Positions 61,216-64,000 of a stretch of 64,000 nt of DNA are shown here, one piece after another (position 1 is the stretch's first letter; each line of letters opens with the position of its first letter). This stretch comes from Callorhinchus milii. Lineage: Eukaryota. Under the pieces are notes generated by a model, which was given only the letters and a program-made list of their open reading frames with translations, was not told the origin of the DNA and searched no databases. The translations under genes were made by a program, and so were the position numbers. The stretch covers positions 111,850,001-111,914,000 of the forward strand of contig NW_024704743.1 in NCBI RefSeq assembly GCF_018977255.1, written 5' to 3'.

Positions 61216-61618
61216 CTAATAATAATCGTCGCATTTCATAGAGCGCTTTGTCACGTCATAATGTCTCAAATCAATTCACAGAGAACTGCTGCCAAGTGTA
61301 GTTACTATAATTGTGGGTGAATGTAGCAGCCAATGTATGCATAGCAATATCCCACAAATAGCCATGAAGTGAATAATCAATTTTATCTGGAAGATTGATG
61401 TCCAGGACACTGGGAGAAAATCGTGAGTTGTGCCAGCGGACCTTTAACATCCATCCGAACAGGCAAACTGGGACTCGATTTAAGGTGTCATCTGCACAAT
61501 GACAATAAATCTCTCCCCCAGCACTACACTGGAGTGTCAGTCTAGGTTATTAGCTCAAAGTCCCAATGAGGGGCGTGAATGCACAACCTTGTGAAATGTA
61601 ACCAATTGAACCAGACAC
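61216..61618 (-). mobile_element. Long Deu-like SINE, diverged
   Basis: TAATAATAATCGTCGCATTTCATAGAGCGC...AGCAATATCCCACAAATAGCCATGAAG...CAGCACTACACTGGAGTGTCAGTCTAG. Confidence 0.78.
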
Positions 61619-61964
61619 ACGCCACTGGGGGCCTGGCATGTTTATTTGTAAGTAACTCTAATAATCTGCAGAAGTACCAGATATCCTTGGTGCTATACTA
61701 TTGAGGATTCAGTGTCTACCTCAAGAAAAATATATCTTCTGTCCTTTTTCCAGCCTTGCAATGGCACAGAACTACACCTGACATGAATGTCTGCTAGCTG
61801 TACCATAATCTGCTCCACTCTTATTATTCATCTCTGAAAGCACGAGACTGTGGCTTCTGTAATGACTGACTGCAATCTTTTACCAAGAGTTAGAATTGAT
61901 TTGCACTGCCTTTTGGATTTGGGACATTTCCACTTCCACAGTAGCAAGAGAAAGAAGCATTCGT

Positions 61965-62115
61965 TGTTCACTTCATGGCTGTTTATGGGACATTGCCATG
62001 TGCAGTTGGCTGCTACACTGCCTTACAAAATATAAGTCACTGGACTTCACGATAACTCTTTGAGATGTCTTCCTGACGTGAAAAGTGCAATATCAAATGC
62101 AAGGGTTATTATTTT
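61965..62115 (+). mobile_element. SINE 3' fragment
   Basis: CATGGCTGTTTATGGGACATTGC...TTTGAGATGTCTTCCTGACGTGAAAAGTGCAATATCAAATGCAAGGGTTATTATT. Confidence 0.8.
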
Positions 62116-64000
62116 AAGCATTCTCCACCTTCACTCTCCACTACTGCTACACTGTGGCCCAGGAGTTCAACCCGCACAACACTTTGGCAACACTGACTAA
62201 AGCTCCTGAAACAGATATTTTTGTGGTTGGTGCTAGTTGTTGTATGGAGTGTGGTGCTCTTGTGATGCAGCAGCCACTCCATTGGGTTCTTTCTCCTTGT
62301 TCTGTGAAGAGAGAAGATGGCCCATGATCAGAACAAATGCACACATCCATATGGATACTGCATTGCATTGCTAAAGTGCCCTGATACAAATGCAGTGATT
62401 TGAAGAGCTTGTGAGACTTCCCAAGACACCACCAACTCAGGCACTGTTATAAGAATGTACCTTTCATTGAGGCTTTCATCTAGTCTAACATCAACAGCCC
62501 CCGTCCCGTCTACAATTGTCTGGCCAAATAAATCAAAAGTTTGAGAGCGTCAAGACTTCCAGTTGGGAGGGGGGAATATTATAGGGTGACTGAATGCCAG
62601 TATAGGCATTCAAAATAGAGGTAATGGTTCCTGAGATAGAATGATTTGACCCTTCAAAAATTCTAACTGTGATACATCAACTCCCATTACTGCATGGTCA
62701 ATGTCATTTGCTAAATACCATTCAATACTTATTACAAGAAATTATCACAGGCGTTTCTTGTTCTGCATGTTCGGCGAAAAAAACATTTACAATTGTGCCT
62801 TCACACAGCGTGTGTAAGCGTGCTGCGCCTCCAGTGTACAGCAGAATTAATCCTGTACCTTTAGCACTTCTTTTCAAGTTAATCAGGTTTTTTTTCTTCC
62901 GTACACCCTGGGGAGTCCTCCGAAGACCACGTTCAATGGGAGGTCACGTCCGGTCAAGCCCGTTACGTCCTCAGCACTGTGGTTGTCGTGATAGGGGGAG
63001 GGTAAAACTCTCCCTGCTGAAAAGGTCCTTACACCACTCCACATGAGTGTGTGTCAGGCCTGCCGGGAAAACGCACTTTCTTCCATTGTGCAGTAATACT
63101 CCACACTCACACCAAGATTACTATCCTCGGACCTATTTAAATGCTTATTCAGCTACGAAAGTCTTTTACGCATTAAAAATAATTCACTGAAGGTGGTGCT
63201 TCACCGGCTGTTACTCTGCCATTGACTTAAACATCATTGCATTAGTGCTGTTCAGCAATATCTTGAATGCGTGAATGCGATCTTAAAGCTGCAGTACACA
63301 GTGCTTGAAACATGCTTAAAGAGATACCAAATCGGCCCTTGTAGTCTGCTTTGTTTAACTGAATTTCTTTGTGGTGTTATGGTTGAGGATGAAAAGCACC
63401 ACTGGAGTTTGATATCACAACCCCAGTTTTATCATTTTTCTATCGTATTTTATCATATTCCATTATACTTAGGATACATGCCCAGCATTTACTAACCCTG
63501 CGTTCCCCAGAGTTGTATTTGAATTGTATCCCAAGCACGGCACAAAAGTGTCTCCTGAAGCCCTTTTGCCCCTTCGGCACTCATAGACTCATTGGTCCTG
63601 ACATTTTCACTTCATCCATGACAAATGATCTGGTGACGGTGATCAGATTGCACAAGATGACTACTTTACCCACAACTAAATCATTAGCTTCCATCAGTCC
63701 ATTCTCCTGATGTGGAAATAGATTCTATCCCATTAGCTCTCATCTCATCATTTTCCAAGATGTGGAGTATTTTACGTTACTGTTTTTTTCAAAATATCTT
63801 CAGCTAATAATACTAGCACGTACATAGAAAAGCTGCCCAGTCTTTCCTCTTCCACCATAGATCAGACAGGATATGAGAAGGCTACTTAGTAAGTGCTTCT
63901 CAAGGGATTTCGTAACTGTACTCAACCTCTGCCCCACTCCAAACACTGTGCCAGATATCTGTCTATTGTGTATCCTTCCCACTCTTTGGGAAAAGAAAAA

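Overview
Vertebrate genomic DNA, most likely from a cartilaginous fish and plausibly a chimaera (inferred from the protein and the SINE/L2/CR1 repertoire). The window holds part of the zinc-finger homeobox gene ZFHX4 on the minus strand: the large first coding exon (49142..46522, with 46 nt of 5' UTR and the ATG at 49096), a 2003-nt intron, and a 503-nt second coding exon (44518..44016). Splice sites are GT-AG with matching phases. I found no further ZFHX4 exon, so 1-44015 is part of a long downstream intron and 49143-64000 is presumably the upstream intron. The introns carry many tRNA-headed SINEs, 5'-truncated L2 and CR1 LINE fragments, simple repeats, several palindromic elements and repeat-free stretches that look like conserved non-coding elements. 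I cannot demonstrate a new biological system from sequence alone. The best leads are: three uAUGs in the 46-nt leader, one in frame with a hypothetical back-splice of the two coding exons, which are bracketed by near-identical inverted SINEs; a pre-miRNA-like hairpin on the gene strand; a SINE/L2 shared 3' stem-loop with a compensatory base pair; and a cluster of nuclear-receptor half-sites. Repeat boundaries are approximate, and family names and human comparisons come from recall, not from a database search.
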